Positions 1-10,003 are shown, counted from the first letter of the stretch. The stretch: DNA of 64,000 nt from an uncultured delta proteobacterium (GCA_963841435.1 CAWJCS010000005.1:160001-224000); one strand, 5' to 3'. Numbers and translations are program-made. Notes: generated by a model not told the origin, from the letters alone.

Positions 1-1077
1 CTGGATGTCGGTGAATTTCTTCACGACCACCCAATCGCTCGCCGCGTGGGCGAGCCAGCCGCCCGTGCCGTCGGCGTTGAGCTTCTGGTCGGCGCTGGGC
101 AGCGAGGCAGGCGCCGTGTGCCAGGTGCAACCGGCACCGGTCGTCGTCGGCGGCAGCTCGAAGGTTCCGGCGGCAACGGGCGCCGTGCCCGTCGGCCAGA
201 AGGTGACGCCTTGCTGCGCGAAGCGCGTGATTTCCCAGGGCGCGAAGGAGCCCGAGGCCGTCGCGTTGATGGTGTACTCGACGTTGATCGCGATCTTCGC
301 GAGGTCGGCGGTAAACTTCTTGGTGATGCTCGCGCCGATGGCTGCGCTGGCCGTGCCGACGAAAGTGACCGAGGGCGCAGCAACCGTCGCCGTGTACGCC
401 GCGGTGTCGACCTCGGCGGGCGGCGGCCAGTTCCACACGCTCTGCGGGCTCGTCCAGAAGGTGGAGCCGAAGTTCGTCGCGTTGACGGTCGCATCGGTGA
501 GGAGGTTCGCGCCACCGGCGAGGTGCACGTTGACGACGCGGGCCCCGGCCGGGCTCACCTCGAACCAGAGATCACCGAACTCGAGCACGTAGTTCCCGTT
601 TCGCTCGATCGGGTCCGTGAGCATGGCCCCGCCCGCGCTGCCCGCGGAGCCCGCCATGCCCGCGTCGCCTGCCGCGCCGCCCGCGCCAGTGCCCGCGCCG
701 CCCGCACCGTCGCCTGCGCTGCCCGCGTCGCCGCCGAGCCCACCGGCCGCGGGCGTGCCTGCCGAGCCGCCCGCACCCGCTCCACCAGTCGTCGAGCCGC
801 CGGCGCCACCCTGCCCCTCGCCTGCGAAGCTGCCCCCCGTTCCGCCGAGCGCTCCCCCAACACCGCCCGAGGCGCCGCCTGTGCCTGCGAGCGCACCGCC
901 CGTCGAGCCGGCGGCACCCCCCGTCACGCCCGCGCCGCTCGAGCCGCCACTGCCGCCGGAGCCCGGACTGCCACCCGCGCCGGCACCGTCACCGGACTTC
1001 GACGTGCAGCCGGCGGAGCCCGCCAGTGTCAAGCCGACACCCCACACGAAAAGCAAGCGCGAAGCGTTCGACAACAT
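1..1077 (-). CDS. Gly-rich-linker lipoprotein with DUF4380-like beta-sandwich domain (runs off the left edge; absent from ORF track)
   Basis: Manual translation from ATG 1077: MLSNASRLLFVWGVGLTLAGSAGC (lipobox), long G/S/A linker, then globular domain (NFGSTFWTSPQSVWNWPPP...APWEITR...GWLAH...VVKKFTDI). The Pro-rich + strand ORFs are its antisense shadow. Confidence 0.75.
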   Translation of the reverse strand, partial: MLSNASRLLFVWGVGLTLAGSAGCTSKSGDGAGAGGSPGSGGSGGSSGAGVTGGAAGSTGGALAGTGGASGGVGGALGGTGGSFAGEGQGGAGGSTTGGAGAGGSAGTPAAGGLGGDAGSAGDGAGGAGTGAGGAAGDAGMAGSAGSAGGAMLTDPIERNGNYVLEFGDLWFEVSPAGARVVNVHLAGGANLLTDATVNATNFGSTFWTSPQSVWNWPPPAEVDTAAYTATVAAPSVTFVGTASAAIGASITKKFTADLAKIAINVEYTINATASGSFAPWEITRFAQQGVTFWPTGTAPVAAGTFELPPTTTGAGCTWHTAPASLPSADQKLNADGTGGWLAHAASDWVVVKKFTDIQ

Positions 1078-1244
1078 GGGATCGAATTACCATCCTCGAC
1101 AGGGCCCCGCAACCAGCGGTCCACTACCGCCCGTTGGTACTTTTCGGCAAGCGTGGTGGTGCGAGTCGCCCCCGCGCGCCCGCGGCGACGCATCCCTCCC
1201 GGGGCGTGACGCCCCCGCGGTCGCGTGCCGGCGAAAGCCTCGGC

Positions 1245-3164
1245 TCAGAGCTCGATTTGCGCGCCCATCTCGACCACGCGATCGGGGGGAATGTTGAAGA
1301 ACTTGGTCGCCGGCTGCGCGTTTCGCGCAAGGAATGCGAAGAGATGCGCCCGCCAGCGCGCCATGTCGGGACGCTCGGCGGCAATCAGGTGCTCGCGCCC
1401 GAGGAAGAACGTGACGTGCTCGATGGCCGTCACCACGCCGGCGTCGAGCAAGATCTTGGGCGCGTCGGGGTGCTCCATGAACCCGTAGCGGGCCTTGAGT
1501 CGCAAAAATCCGCTGTCGAGCTGCTCGGTCTCGAAGCGCTGCGATTCGGCGACGCGCGCGACATCGCCCGTGCTGATCGTGAAGAGCACGATGTGCTGGT
1601 GCAGCACGCGATTGTGCAGGAAATTCTGCAAGAGCGCGGGCGGCGTGCCCTCGGCGCTGCTCGTCATGAACACGGCGGTGCCGGGGACGCGCGCCGGGCG
1701 CTCGACGCGGATGAGCTCGGAGAAGTCAGCGAGCGGCAGGAGCTGCTCCTGGAAGCGCTGCGCCATGACCTCGCGGCCACGTTTCCAGGTCGTCATGAGC
1801 GTGAACAGCGCCGCGCCGAGCGCGAGTGGGAACCAACCACCGTGCCGAATCTTGGCGGCGTTCGCCAGCATGAAGAAGAACTCGGGCACGAGAAAGAGCA
1901 AGGTGATGCCGAACACCTTCCAGATGGGGAAGTGCCAGCCGTAGCGCGCGAGGAAGGCCGCGAGCACGGTGGTCGTCATCATCGTCAAGGTGGCGGCGAT
2001 GCCGTACGCCGCGGCAAGGTTCGTCGAGGAGCCGAAGCCCAAAACGAGGCTTATCGTCGCGAGCGCGAGGAACCAATTGGCAACCGGCACGTAGATCTGC
2101 CCGCGCTCGTCGGCCGAGGTATGGCGAATCGAGAGGCGCGGCAGGAGGCCGAGCATGATCGCCTGACGTGACAGTGAGAACACACCCGAGATCAACGCCT
2201 GCGACGCGATCACCGTCGCGGCCGTCGAGAGCGCCACCATCGGGTAGAGCCCCCAGCTCGGCACCATGTGATAGAGCGGGCTCTCACGCGCTTCGGGCTC
2301 CCGCAAGAGGAGCGCGCCCTGCCCGAGGTAGTTCAAGACCAGCGCGGGGAACACCATGGCGAACCACGCGAGGCGGATCGGTTGGCGGCCGAAATGGCCG
2401 AGGTCCGCGTAGAGCGCCTCGCCACCCGTGACGACGAGGAACACGGCGCCGAGCACGAACACGCCCACGGTGCCGTTTCTCTGCAAAAAGGAGAGCCCCC
2501 AGAGGGGGTTGACCGCCACGAGCACGCCCGGATTCATGATCAGCTGGTGCCCGCCGAGGATCGCGAGCGTCGTGAACCACAGCGCCGTCACGGGTCCGAA
2601 CACGGCGCCGACGCTCGCCGTGCCACGCCGCTGGAAGCGAAACAGGCCCACGAGGATCACGATCGTGATGGGGATCACCCAATCCTTGAGGCCGGGTGCC
2701 GCGATCTCAAGGCCCTCGACGGCGCTGAGCACGGAGATGGCAGGCGTGATCACGCCTTCCCCGCTGAGCAGTGCGGCCCCGAAGACGCCGAGCACGATCA
2801 GAAGCGGGTAGAGGCGCGAGTCGCGGCGGCGCGCGCTCGCGAGGGCCGTCAACGCGAGGATGCCACCCTCGCCCTTGTTGTCGGCCCTGAGCACGTAGAT
2901 GAGGTACTTGATCGAAACGATGAGCGTGAGCGACCAGATGATGAGCGACAGCACGCCGAGCACGTTCCCGCGCGAGACCGGGATGGGGTGCGACTCGCCG
3001 AAGCACTCGCGCACGGCGTAGAGCGGGCTCGTTCCGATGTCCCCGTACACGACACCGAGCGCGCCGAGCGCGAGCTTGAAGCGGTGATGCGAGCGGGGGT
3101 CCGCGGCGTCGCCGTGCGTCGCCTCCGGCGGGGCGCTGTCGGTCGAAGAGGCAGAGTCCGGCAT
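1245..3164 (-). CDS. kup: KUP/HAK/KT potassium transporter
   Basis: LGVVYGDIGTSPLY, ADNKGEGG, TPAISVLSAVEG, TGGEALYADLGHF, GQIYVP, YGFME motifs; about 12 TM segments. Confidence 0.97.
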   Translation of the reverse strand: MPDSASSTDSAPPEATHGDAADPRSHHRFKLALGALGVVYGDIGTSPLYAVRECFGESHPIPVSRGNVLGVLSLIIWSLTLIVSIKYLIYVLRADNKGEGGILALTALASARRRDSRLYPLLIVLGVFGAALLSGEGVITPAISVLSAVEGLEIAAPGLKDWVIPITIVILVGLFRFQRRGTASVGAVFGPVTALWFTTLAILGGHQLIMNPGVLVAVNPLWGLSFLQRNGTVGVFVLGAVFLVVTGGEALYADLGHFGRQPIRLAWFAMVFPALVLNYLGQGALLLREPEARESPLYHMVPSWGLYPMVALSTAATVIASQALISGVFSLSRQAIMLGLLPRLSIRHTSADERGQIYVPVANWFLALATISLVLGFGSSTNLAAAYGIAATLTMMTTTVLAAFLARYGWHFPIWKVFGITLLFLVPEFFFMLANAAKIRHGGWFPLALGAALFTLMTTWKRGREVMAQRFQEQLLPLADFSELIRVERPARVPGTAVFMTSSAEGTPPALLQNFLHNRVLHQHIVLFTISTGDVARVAESQRFETEQLDSGFLRLKARYGFMEHPDAPKILLDAGVVTAIEHVTFFLGREHLIAAERPDMARWRAHLFAFLARNAQPATKFFNIPPDRVVEMGAQIEL

Positions 3165-3328
3165 CCGAAACCCGGCAAGCTAGCCCCAGCGCTCCCCGGG
3201 CGACCAGACCCGTGCCCAGTCCGGGCCGGGGGCCTGGGCGGGGGCGAGCTCCCCGTTCCCCGCGCGCCGACGCCCGGAACTCGCCCCCGCGCGGCAAATG
3301 GGGTTAAGCAGGCAGCGGAGCCCCGACC

Positions 3329-3964
3329 ATGCAGCCGAACCGCCAACGCACCCTCGTGACCTGCCTCGTATTCGGGGCGACCGTTCTAGCCGCCGCGGCG
3401 GCGTTCAGCGAGTCGGTCGAGGCCCTGCTCAGGCGCTACCCCTACGACCCGGCGTGCGTCTGGGGCCGGCTCGCCAACGGCAAGGGAACTGTCGTGCGCT
3501 GCCTCACCGAGAAGGAAGCCGCGAGTCTCCAGGCAGCAGCGCCCCCTGCGGCCCCCGTGCTGCCTGCCGCCGACACCACGCCGAGCGCCACGAGCGAAGC
3601 GCCGGCTGCCCCGCCGCCCGACGCCGCGACAACCGGCGGACGGCTCGAGGTGAGCGTCGGGCCCGTCATCGCGGACAAGGGCGAGCTCGGCCTGGGCAAG
3701 CTCGGCGCCCCGAAGGATCGCTACGCAAAGTGCATCGAGGACAACGGGGGCATGAAAGGCGACAGCGCCGAGGTCCACGTGCGCTTTCTCGTGAGGAGCA
3801 AGGGCATCGCCGAGGGCGTCAGCGTGCAGAAGCGCCTCAACGTCGGACCCGAGGCCGCACGCTGCATCGCCGAGGTCGTCAATCGACGCCACGTGGGCGT
3901 GCCCGACGAGCCGATGGTCGGCGCCACCTTGATCGTCAGAATCGCTCGTGTGAGCGAGCGGTGA
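3329..3964 (+). CDS. Exported protein with probable TonB_C/AgmX-PglI-like C-terminal domain
   Basis: N-terminal hydrophobic segment, Pro/Ala linker, C-terminal YAKCIEDNGG..VHVRFLV..G..VSV..ARCIAEVV; stop overlaps next start (GTGA). Confidence 0.6.
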   Translation: MQPNRQRTLVTCLVFGATVLAAAAAFSESVEALLRRYPYDPACVWGRLANGKGTVVRCLTEKEAASLQAAAPPAAPVLPAADTTPSATSEAPAAPPPDAATTGGRLEVSVGPVIADKGELGLGKLGAPKDRYAKCIEDNGGMKGDSAEVHVRFLVRSKGIAEGVSVQKRLNVGPEAARCIAEVVNRRHVGVPDEPMVGATLIVRIARVSER

Positions 3965-5802
3965 CCGAAGACGAGCTCCGGGCCCTCTACGAAGGCAGGC
4001 GGCGCGGCGCGCAGGCGGACGCGGATCGACTCGAAGCGCTGTCGAATCGGGTCTCGAACCTCCGGGGCCTCGCGTTCGCGCTCGGCGCCGGCGCAGGCCT
4101 GTCGCTCGTGCTCGGCAAGTTCCTGGGTCCGGCGAGCGCGCTCGCCGGGATCGGCCTCGTGGCGTTCGTCGTGCTCATCGTCTGGCATGGTCGCGTCATC
4201 GAGCGCGAGAGCGAGGCGCGCCGTCGAACGGCCGTCAACATAGACGCGCTCTTGCGCATCGGGCCACGCTTTCGCGAGCTGCCTCAGGACGGCAAGCGCT
4301 TCGCGGGCCAGGAGCACCCCTACGCCGACGACTTGGATCTCTTCGGGCCGGGCTCGCTGTTCCAGCGACTGAGCGTTGCCCACACGCGCTTCGGGGAGGA
4401 CGCGCTCGCGCGCCTCTTGCGCGATCCTGCCAAGCCTCACGAGGTCGAGCTGCGCCAGCAGGCGGTGCGCGCGCTCGGCCCCGACCTCGATCTTCGTCAG
4501 CGCTTCGAGACGCTCTCGTTCGCTCTCCAGGCGGGCACCGACAGGCGGGGCGAGGCGCGCCGAGCGGTGCCCGACCCCGCACCGCTCATCGAGTGGGCGC
4601 GGGCGAAGCGGGGAGTGCTCGACGACCCCTTTCTACGGCAGGGCGCGCGCATCCTGCCGCCGCTGACGCTGATTGCGCTGGTTGCCTGGAGCCGTGGCGC
4701 AAGCCCCCTTTACTTTCTCACCGTCCTCGTCGTGCAGGCGTATCTCCTCCTGCGCGGCGGCGCGGACTCGACGCGCGCCTTTTCGGCCTGCTCGGCTACC
4801 GAGGGCGCTTTCCGAAGCTACGGCCCGATGCTGGAGCTCGTCGAGGGCTTCGGTGACGACGTCCCGCTGCTCGCCGAGCTCCGCACGCGGCTCACGAAGA
4901 GCGGCGAAAAGCCTTCCCACGCGATGACACGCCTCGAGCGGATCCTCGGCTGGTTCGAGCTTCGCCACAACGGCCTCGTCTACCCGCTCGTGAACCTTCT
5001 GACGCTGTGGGATCTGCATTGCACGGTGGCGCTCGAAAAGTGGCGTCGAAAGACGGCGGCCACGCTCGAGGACTGGTTCGCGGTGCTTGGCGAGGTCGAG
5101 GCGCTGTCGTCGCTCGCGGGGCTCCACCACGACGAGCCCGCCTGCTCGTTCCCGGAGCTCGCCGAAGACGGGCCGCCGTTCGTCGCCGAGGGACTCAGCC
5201 ACTTGCTCATCGAGCGGAGCAAGCGCCGCGAAAACAACGTCGTGCTCGAGACAGCGGGCACCGCGCTGCTCGTCACGGGCTCCAACATGTCGGGCAAGAG
5301 CACGCTGCTCCGAGCCATGGGCGTCGCCACCGTGCTCGCGTTCGCGGGCGCGCCGGTGTGCGCGCGGCGCCTGCGCCTGAGCCCACTCGTCTTGCGCACG
5401 AGCATCCGCGTGAGCGATTCGCTCGAGCGCGGAGTGAGTCACTTCTACGCCGAGGTGAAGAAGCTCAAGGGTGTGGTCGACGCCACGAGCGGCGGCGGGC
5501 GCGTGCTGTTTTTACTCGACGAAATCCTGCACGGTACGAACTCTCGAGAACGCCAGATCGGCGCGCGCTGGGTGCTCGCCGAGTTGCTCGGACGGGGCGC
5601 CGTGGGCGCCGTCTCCACGCACGACGAGGAGCTCTGCCGGCTGAGCCCCGAGCTCATGTCGCGCGTCAAGCTCGTCCACTTCCGTGAGACGGTCGAAAAC
5701 GGCGAGATGACCTTCGATTTCCGCCTCCGCGAAGGCCCCGTTCAGGGCGGCAACGCCCTGCGCGTCATGCGCCTCGCCGGTCTAGCCGTACCGCTCGAGT
5801 GA
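3961..5802 (+). CDS. Membrane-anchored MutS-family ATPase (domain V, no mismatch-binding domain)
   Basis: GTG at 3961; TM pairs; YADDLDLFG..SLFQ; Walker A TGSNMSGKST; S.FYAE; Walker B FLLDEILHGTNS; STHD. Confidence 0.9.
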   Translation: MTEDELRALYEGRRRGAQADADRLEALSNRVSNLRGLAFALGAGAGLSLVLGKFLGPASALAGIGLVAFVVLIVWHGRVIERESEARRRTAVNIDALLRIGPRFRELPQDGKRFAGQEHPYADDLDLFGPGSLFQRLSVAHTRFGEDALARLLRDPAKPHEVELRQQAVRALGPDLDLRQRFETLSFALQAGTDRRGEARRAVPDPAPLIEWARAKRGVLDDPFLRQGARILPPLTLIALVAWSRGASPLYFLTVLVVQAYLLLRGGADSTRAFSACSATEGAFRSYGPMLELVEGFGDDVPLLAELRTRLTKSGEKPSHAMTRLERILGWFELRHNGLVYPLVNLLTLWDLHCTVALEKWRRKTAATLEDWFAVLGEVEALSSLAGLHHDEPACSFPELAEDGPPFVAEGLSHLLIERSKRRENNVVLETAGTALLVTGSNMSGKSTLLRAMGVATVLAFAGAPVCARRLRLSPLVLRTSIRVSDSLERGVSHFYAEVKKLKGVVDATSGGGRVLFLLDEILHGTNSRERQIGARWVLAELLGRGAVGAVSTHDEELCRLSPELMSRVKLVHFRETVENGEMTFDFRLREGPVQGGNALRVMRLAGLAVPLE

Positions 5803-5897
5803 GCCACGCGCCCTCGCGGCGAGCGACCTGCCTCCCCTGACCGCAACGGGACCTCGAAGAAAAGTCGCGCTTCCAAGACCGCCCACCTCGAGAGTAG

Positions 5898-6746
5898 ATG
5901 GACGGCATGCAGCCTCAGGCGAAGGTCGGGGTGATCGGTCTAGGCATCATCGGCACGGTCTTTGCGAGCCACTACGAGCGCGAGGGCGTGCTCGGCGCGA
6001 CGTACAACCGCACCCCCAAGGTAGGCGCGCCGCGCGGCGTCGCGACCCCTGATGCGGTCGCCGCTGCAGCGAGCGTTCTGCACGTCGTCGTCTCGGGTCC
6101 GGGCGCCGTCAACGAGGTGCTCGAGCGCATCGAGCCCGCGCTCGACGCCACGAAGCTCGTCGTGCAATCGAGCACGATCGACCCGGGGAGCGCCCAGCGC
6201 TTCGCGGAGCGCGTGCGCGCGCGGGGCGCACGCTACGTGGAGGCGCCCTTCATGGGGAGCCAGCCCGCGGCCGAGGCGAAAAAGGTAGTGTTTCTGCTGG
6301 GGGGCGACCCCGTGGACCTCGACGCTGTCAACCCCTGGCTCGCGCGGCTCTCGGGGGAACGAAGGCGCGTCGGCAGCGTTCCGGACGCCGCAGCGCTCAA
6401 GCTCTCGTACAACGTGCTCGTGGGCATCACCATGCAGGGCATCTGCGAGAGCCTCGCGAGCGCGCGCCGCGCCGGCATCCCCGACGCGGTGTACTTCGAT
6501 TCGCTGCGCGGCTCGGCCCTCTGGTCGGGCCTCGCGGCCATCAAAGAGCCGAAGCTCAGGACGAGCGACTTCGCGCCGCAGTTCTCGGTCAGACACCTGC
6601 ACAAGGACCTGCTCCTCGCGGGTGACATGACGGGCTCCGGCAGGCTGCCGCTCGCGGAGGTCGTGCGGGACCGCCTTGCCGAGATGGAGGCCGACGGCGC
6701 CGCGGACCTGGACATGTGCGCGCTGATCCACGACCTTTTGCCATGA
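5898..6746 (+). CDS. NAD(P)-dependent beta-hydroxyacid dehydrogenase (3-hydroxyisobutyrate DH family)
   Basis: GVIGLGIIG Rossmann motif, YNRT, SSTI.P, EAPFMGS, catalytic K in ALKLSYN, F.PQF..HLHKDL. Confidence 0.9.
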   Translation: MDGMQPQAKVGVIGLGIIGTVFASHYEREGVLGATYNRTPKVGAPRGVATPDAVAAAASVLHVVVSGPGAVNEVLERIEPALDATKLVVQSSTIDPGSAQRFAERVRARGARYVEAPFMGSQPAAEAKKVVFLLGGDPVDLDAVNPWLARLSGERRRVGSVPDAAALKLSYNVLVGITMQGICESLASARRAGIPDAVYFDSLRGSALWSGLAAIKEPKLRTSDFAPQFSVRHLHKDLLLAGDMTGSGRLPLAEVVRDRLAEMEADGAADLDMCALIHDLLP

Positions 6747-7249
6747 CCCTCACGGCGGCCGAGCTGATCCAGACGCTCGGGCTCGAGGCCCACCCCGAGG
6801 GAGGCCACTTCGGCGAGACCTTCCGCGCGCCGCCGCTGCCGTTCGAGTTGCCGGGCCGCGGGGCGCGAGCGGCGTCGACGGCCATCTACTTTCTACTCGA
6901 GGCGGGAGAGTTCTCGGCGTTTCACCGCGTTCGCTCGGTCGAGGTCTGGCACCACTACCTCGGGTCGCCGCTCGAGCTCCACACCCTCGACGAGCGCTCC
7001 GGCCACCTGGTCACTCGCCTCGGCCCGAACGTCGCCTCGGGCGAGAGGCCTCAGGCCGTGGTTCCCGCCGATGTGCTCCAAGCAGCGCGCCTCACGGGCA
7101 AGGGCTTCGCGCTCTGCGGCTGTACGGTCGCACCCGGTTTCGACTTCGCGGATTTCGAGCTGCCCGAGCGAAGCACGCTCGTTCGGCGTTTCCCGGAGCA
7201 AGAGCGCCTGATTGCGTCGCTCACGCGGGGCCAAGCAGCGCGGAGGTGA
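6743..7249 (+). CDS. Cupin_5 (DUF985) protein
   Basis: LGLEAHPEGGHF, STAIYFLL, SAFHRV, EVWHHY, CTVAPGFDFADF; ATGA overlap with upstream gene. Confidence 0.93.
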   Translation: MTLTAAELIQTLGLEAHPEGGHFGETFRAPPLPFELPGRGARAASTAIYFLLEAGEFSAFHRVRSVEVWHHYLGSPLELHTLDERSGHLVTRLGPNVASGERPQAVVPADVLQAARLTGKGFALCGCTVAPGFDFADFELPERSTLVRRFPEQERLIASLTRGQAARR

Positions 7250-7680
7250 GCGCGGAGGCTAGCGCCGGCGAGCGTTCGGGTGGGCCGTCGGCAAAGGACG
7301 CCCCCACCAAGGGGCATGCCGAACCACGCCGAACGTCGCCCACTTGCCCAGTCGAGCCGCCGGGCCCATCCTCGCACATCCGTCGCCTCGAAAACACAAA
7401 CGGTGGACCCCTCCCGCCACACATCGGTGGGGCCCAAAAGAGCCGTTCCGTCCCGGTTCGAGACGCTCCCGCTCACGGGCTCGAAGCTCGGTCACGAATG
7501 ACGCGCCCCGACGCTGACTCTGGGCTCCGAAAAAACGAGCCAAGTCGAGTGCGCCCGAGCGGCTCGAAACCGGAAGGACAAAGCGCCCGACTTGTGAAGG
7601 GAGTCCTGAAGGGAGTTGAAGGAGAGACCCCCAGACAAGGCCGACAAGGCCGGGAAAATTCCACCCAATAATTGTTCGTC

Positions 7681-7710
7681 TTGACTGAAATTACGCGGAC
7701 TTGCTATCTT
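7681..7710 (+). promoter_or_regulatory. Sigma70-type promoter of FHA-GGDEF gene
   Basis: TTGACT (7681-7686), 18 nt spacer, extended -10 TGcTATCTT (7705-7710), in an AT-rich patch. Confidence 0.6.
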
Positions 7711-7794
7711 GTGAGGTTGGCCATGTGCAGTGAGAATGCGCCGCCGGCCACTCCGGCCCCGGGTGGGCAGCGTGGCAGCGGCAGGGCGTGAGCG

Positions 7795-8688
7795 GTGAGC
7801 GAAAACGACGAGAAGACACGCGTCACGCAGGTGGTGCAGGCCCCGCCGCCCGATCAGCCGGCTGGAAACGACTGCGTCGTCGTGATTTACGCCGCGGAGG
7901 CGGGTCTGCTCGGCAAGCGTTTCGTGCTCGACAAGAGCCCGCTGCGCGTGGGCCGTGGGGGTGACAACGCCATCGTGCTCGACGGCGACTCGGTGTCACG
8001 GCGGCACGCGCACTTCGAGCGGCGGGGCGGCGCGTGGCACATCGTCGACAACGGTTCCACGAACGGTACGTTCCTGAACGAGGAACAGGTGCGGGGCGAA
8101 GCGCCGCTCGCCAACGGCGATCGCGTGAAAATCGGCCCGAGCATCCTCAAGTACCTGTCGGGGCTCGATGCCGAGGCAAAGTACCACGAAGAGATCTATC
8201 GCATGACGATCGTGGATGGCCTCACGCAGATCCACAACAAGCGCTACCTCTTCGAGGCCCTCGACCGCGAGCTCATCCGCGCGCGTCGCTACGATCGCCA
8301 GCTCTCTCTTCTGATCTTCGACATCGACTACTTCAAGAACATCAACGATCAGTACGGACACCTCGCAGGCGACCACGTGCTCCGGGAGCTCGCGCGCATC
8401 GTGCAGGAACGCATCCGACGCGACGAGGTGTTCGCCCGCTACGGCGGCGAGGAGTTCGTGGTCGTGCTACCGGAAACGCCCTTGCCGGGCGGCGTGGCGC
8501 TTGCGGAAAATGTGCGCGCACGCGTCGAAACGCACGGCTTCGCATTCCAGGGGGAACGCATCCCCGTGACGATTAGCGTCGGCTGCGCCATGCTCGGTGA
8601 CGAGAAGACCGCAGTCGAGCTCATCCAGCGTGCCGACGACAAGCTCTACGAAGCCAAACGCGGCGGACGCAACCGCGTCTGCTCCTAG
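7795..8688 (+). CDS. FHA-domain diguanylate cyclase
   Basis: FHA motifs VGR, SVSRRHA, D.GSTNGT; GGDEF domain DGLT..NKR, DIDYFK.IND.YGH..GD, ARYGGEEF. Confidence 0.96.
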   Translation: MSENDEKTRVTQVVQAPPPDQPAGNDCVVVIYAAEAGLLGKRFVLDKSPLRVGRGGDNAIVLDGDSVSRRHAHFERRGGAWHIVDNGSTNGTFLNEEQVRGEAPLANGDRVKIGPSILKYLSGLDAEAKYHEEIYRMTIVDGLTQIHNKRYLFEALDRELIRARRYDRQLSLLIFDIDYFKNINDQYGHLAGDHVLRELARIVQERIRRDEVFARYGGEEFVVVLPETPLPGGVALAENVRARVETHGFAFQGERIPVTISVGCAMLGDEKTAVELIQRADDKLYEAKRGGRNRVCS

Positions 8689-8695
8689 CGCGCCC

Positions 8696-10003
8696 GTGCC
8701 CACCCCGGCCCCAGAAGGGCGCGGCCAGGAGCCGCCGCTCGTCGTCACGCGCCCGCCCGGTCAGCACTCGCGCAGCTTCATGGTGCGGCACGCTCACGCC
8801 ACGGCCCCGATGGGCCCGGGGGGCCATCCGAGCACCATCGTCTACGCCACGGCCGAGGGCGCCAACGTCACCTGCGTCAACGGCAACCGCTACGTCAATC
8901 TCGCGGGCGGATTCGGGGCCGCGCTCGTGGGCCACCGCCACCCGAGCGTGCTCCGCGCCATCGAGCTCCAATCCGCGCGCCTGTTGCACGCGCTCGGCGA
9001 CCTCTACCCCTCGGACGCGAAAGTGGGCCTCGTCGAGCGGCTTTCCAGGCTTCACCCCAGCGAGGGCGCCCAGGTGATCCTCGGTCAGTCCGGCTCGGAC
9101 GCCGTCACGATCGCGCTGAAGACGGCCTGCCTCGCGACGGGCCGTCCCGGGGTCGTGGCGTTCGGCGAGGGGTATCACGGGCTCGGCTACGGGCCGCTCG
9201 CGGTCTCGGGCTTTCGGCCGAGCTATCGCGAGCCCTTCCGCGAGCAGCTGAACGCCCACGTTTGGTTCGTGCCCTACCCCGCGACGGACGAAGAGCTCGG
9301 ACCGGCGCTCGAAGCGGTGCGCACGGCGCTCGCCACGGGAACGGTCGGCGCGATCCTCGTCGAGCCCGTGCTCGGCCGCGGCGGTGTGATCGAGCCACCT
9401 GCGGCGTTTCTGCCGCAGCTCTTGGAGCTCGCGCGTGAAACAGGGGCGCTGTTCGTGACCGACGAGATCTGGACCGGCCTCGGACGGGCGGGAAGCCTTT
9501 TGGCGGCCGGTGTCGTGCCGGATCTCGTTTGCCTCGGCAAGGGCCTGGGCGGCGGCTTGCCGATCAGCGCGGTGCTCGGCCGGCGCGACGTGATGGCGGC
9601 ATGGCGGCGCCCCGACGAGGTCGTGCACACCTCGACGTTCGCGGGTGCGCCGCTAGCGGCGGCGGCCGCGCTCGCGACGCTCGACGTGCTCAGCCGCGCG
9701 GGTTTGCCCGAGCGCGCGGCGCGGGTCGGGGCGACCTTTCGAGACGGGCTCACGAGCGCTCTCGCCCCATTTCCGGACGTCCGCGTGCGGGGCCGCGGGC
9801 TCATGCTGGGCGTCGAGATCGAGGGGCGGCCGGGCGCCGCGAGGCGCGCCCTAGTTTCGCTGCTCGAGCGCGGCTTCCTCGCGACGACCGGCGGCGCGAC
9901 GCGCGAGACGCTCGTCTTCACGCCACCGCTGACGATTGCGGAAGCTTTGCTAGCCCTCGCGACGACGGCCGTGCGAGAAGCCGTGCAGGAAGCCATTCGA
10001 TGA
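8696..10003 (+). CDS. Class III PLP aminotransferase (GabT/omega-transaminase-like)
   Basis: GNRYVNLAGGFG..VGH, QSGSDA, YHG, EPVLGRGG, DEIWTGLGR.G, PDLVCLGKGLGGG (PLP Lys), HTSTFAG. Start at GTG 8696 is inferred. Confidence 0.92.
   Translation: MPTPAPEGRGQEPPLVVTRPPGQHSRSFMVRHAHATAPMGPGGHPSTIVYATAEGANVTCVNGNRYVNLAGGFGAALVGHRHPSVLRAIELQSARLLHALGDLYPSDAKVGLVERLSRLHPSEGAQVILGQSGSDAVTIALKTACLATGRPGVVAFGEGYHGLGYGPLAVSGFRPSYREPFREQLNAHVWFVPYPATDEELGPALEAVRTALATGTVGAILVEPVLGRGGVIEPPAAFLPQLLELARETGALFVTDEIWTGLGRAGSLLAAGVVPDLVCLGKGLGGGLPISAVLGRRDVMAAWRRPDEVVHTSTFAGAPLAAAAALATLDVLSRAGLPERAARVGATFRDGLTSALAPFPDVRVRGRGLMLGVEIEGRPGAARRALVSLLERGFLATTGGATRETLVFTPPLTIAEALLALATTAVREAVQEAIR

Noticed and set aside
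5-1297. Pro-rich + strand ORFs (also 20084-20647, 37109-37528, 38029-38655, 63185-63757)
   Set aside because: Antisense shadows of Gly-rich minus-strand genes; long off-frame ORFs are expected at this GC content.
7246-7671. 141-aa ORF in the long intergenic gap
   Set aside because: No recognisable motif and atypical composition; treated as non-coding.
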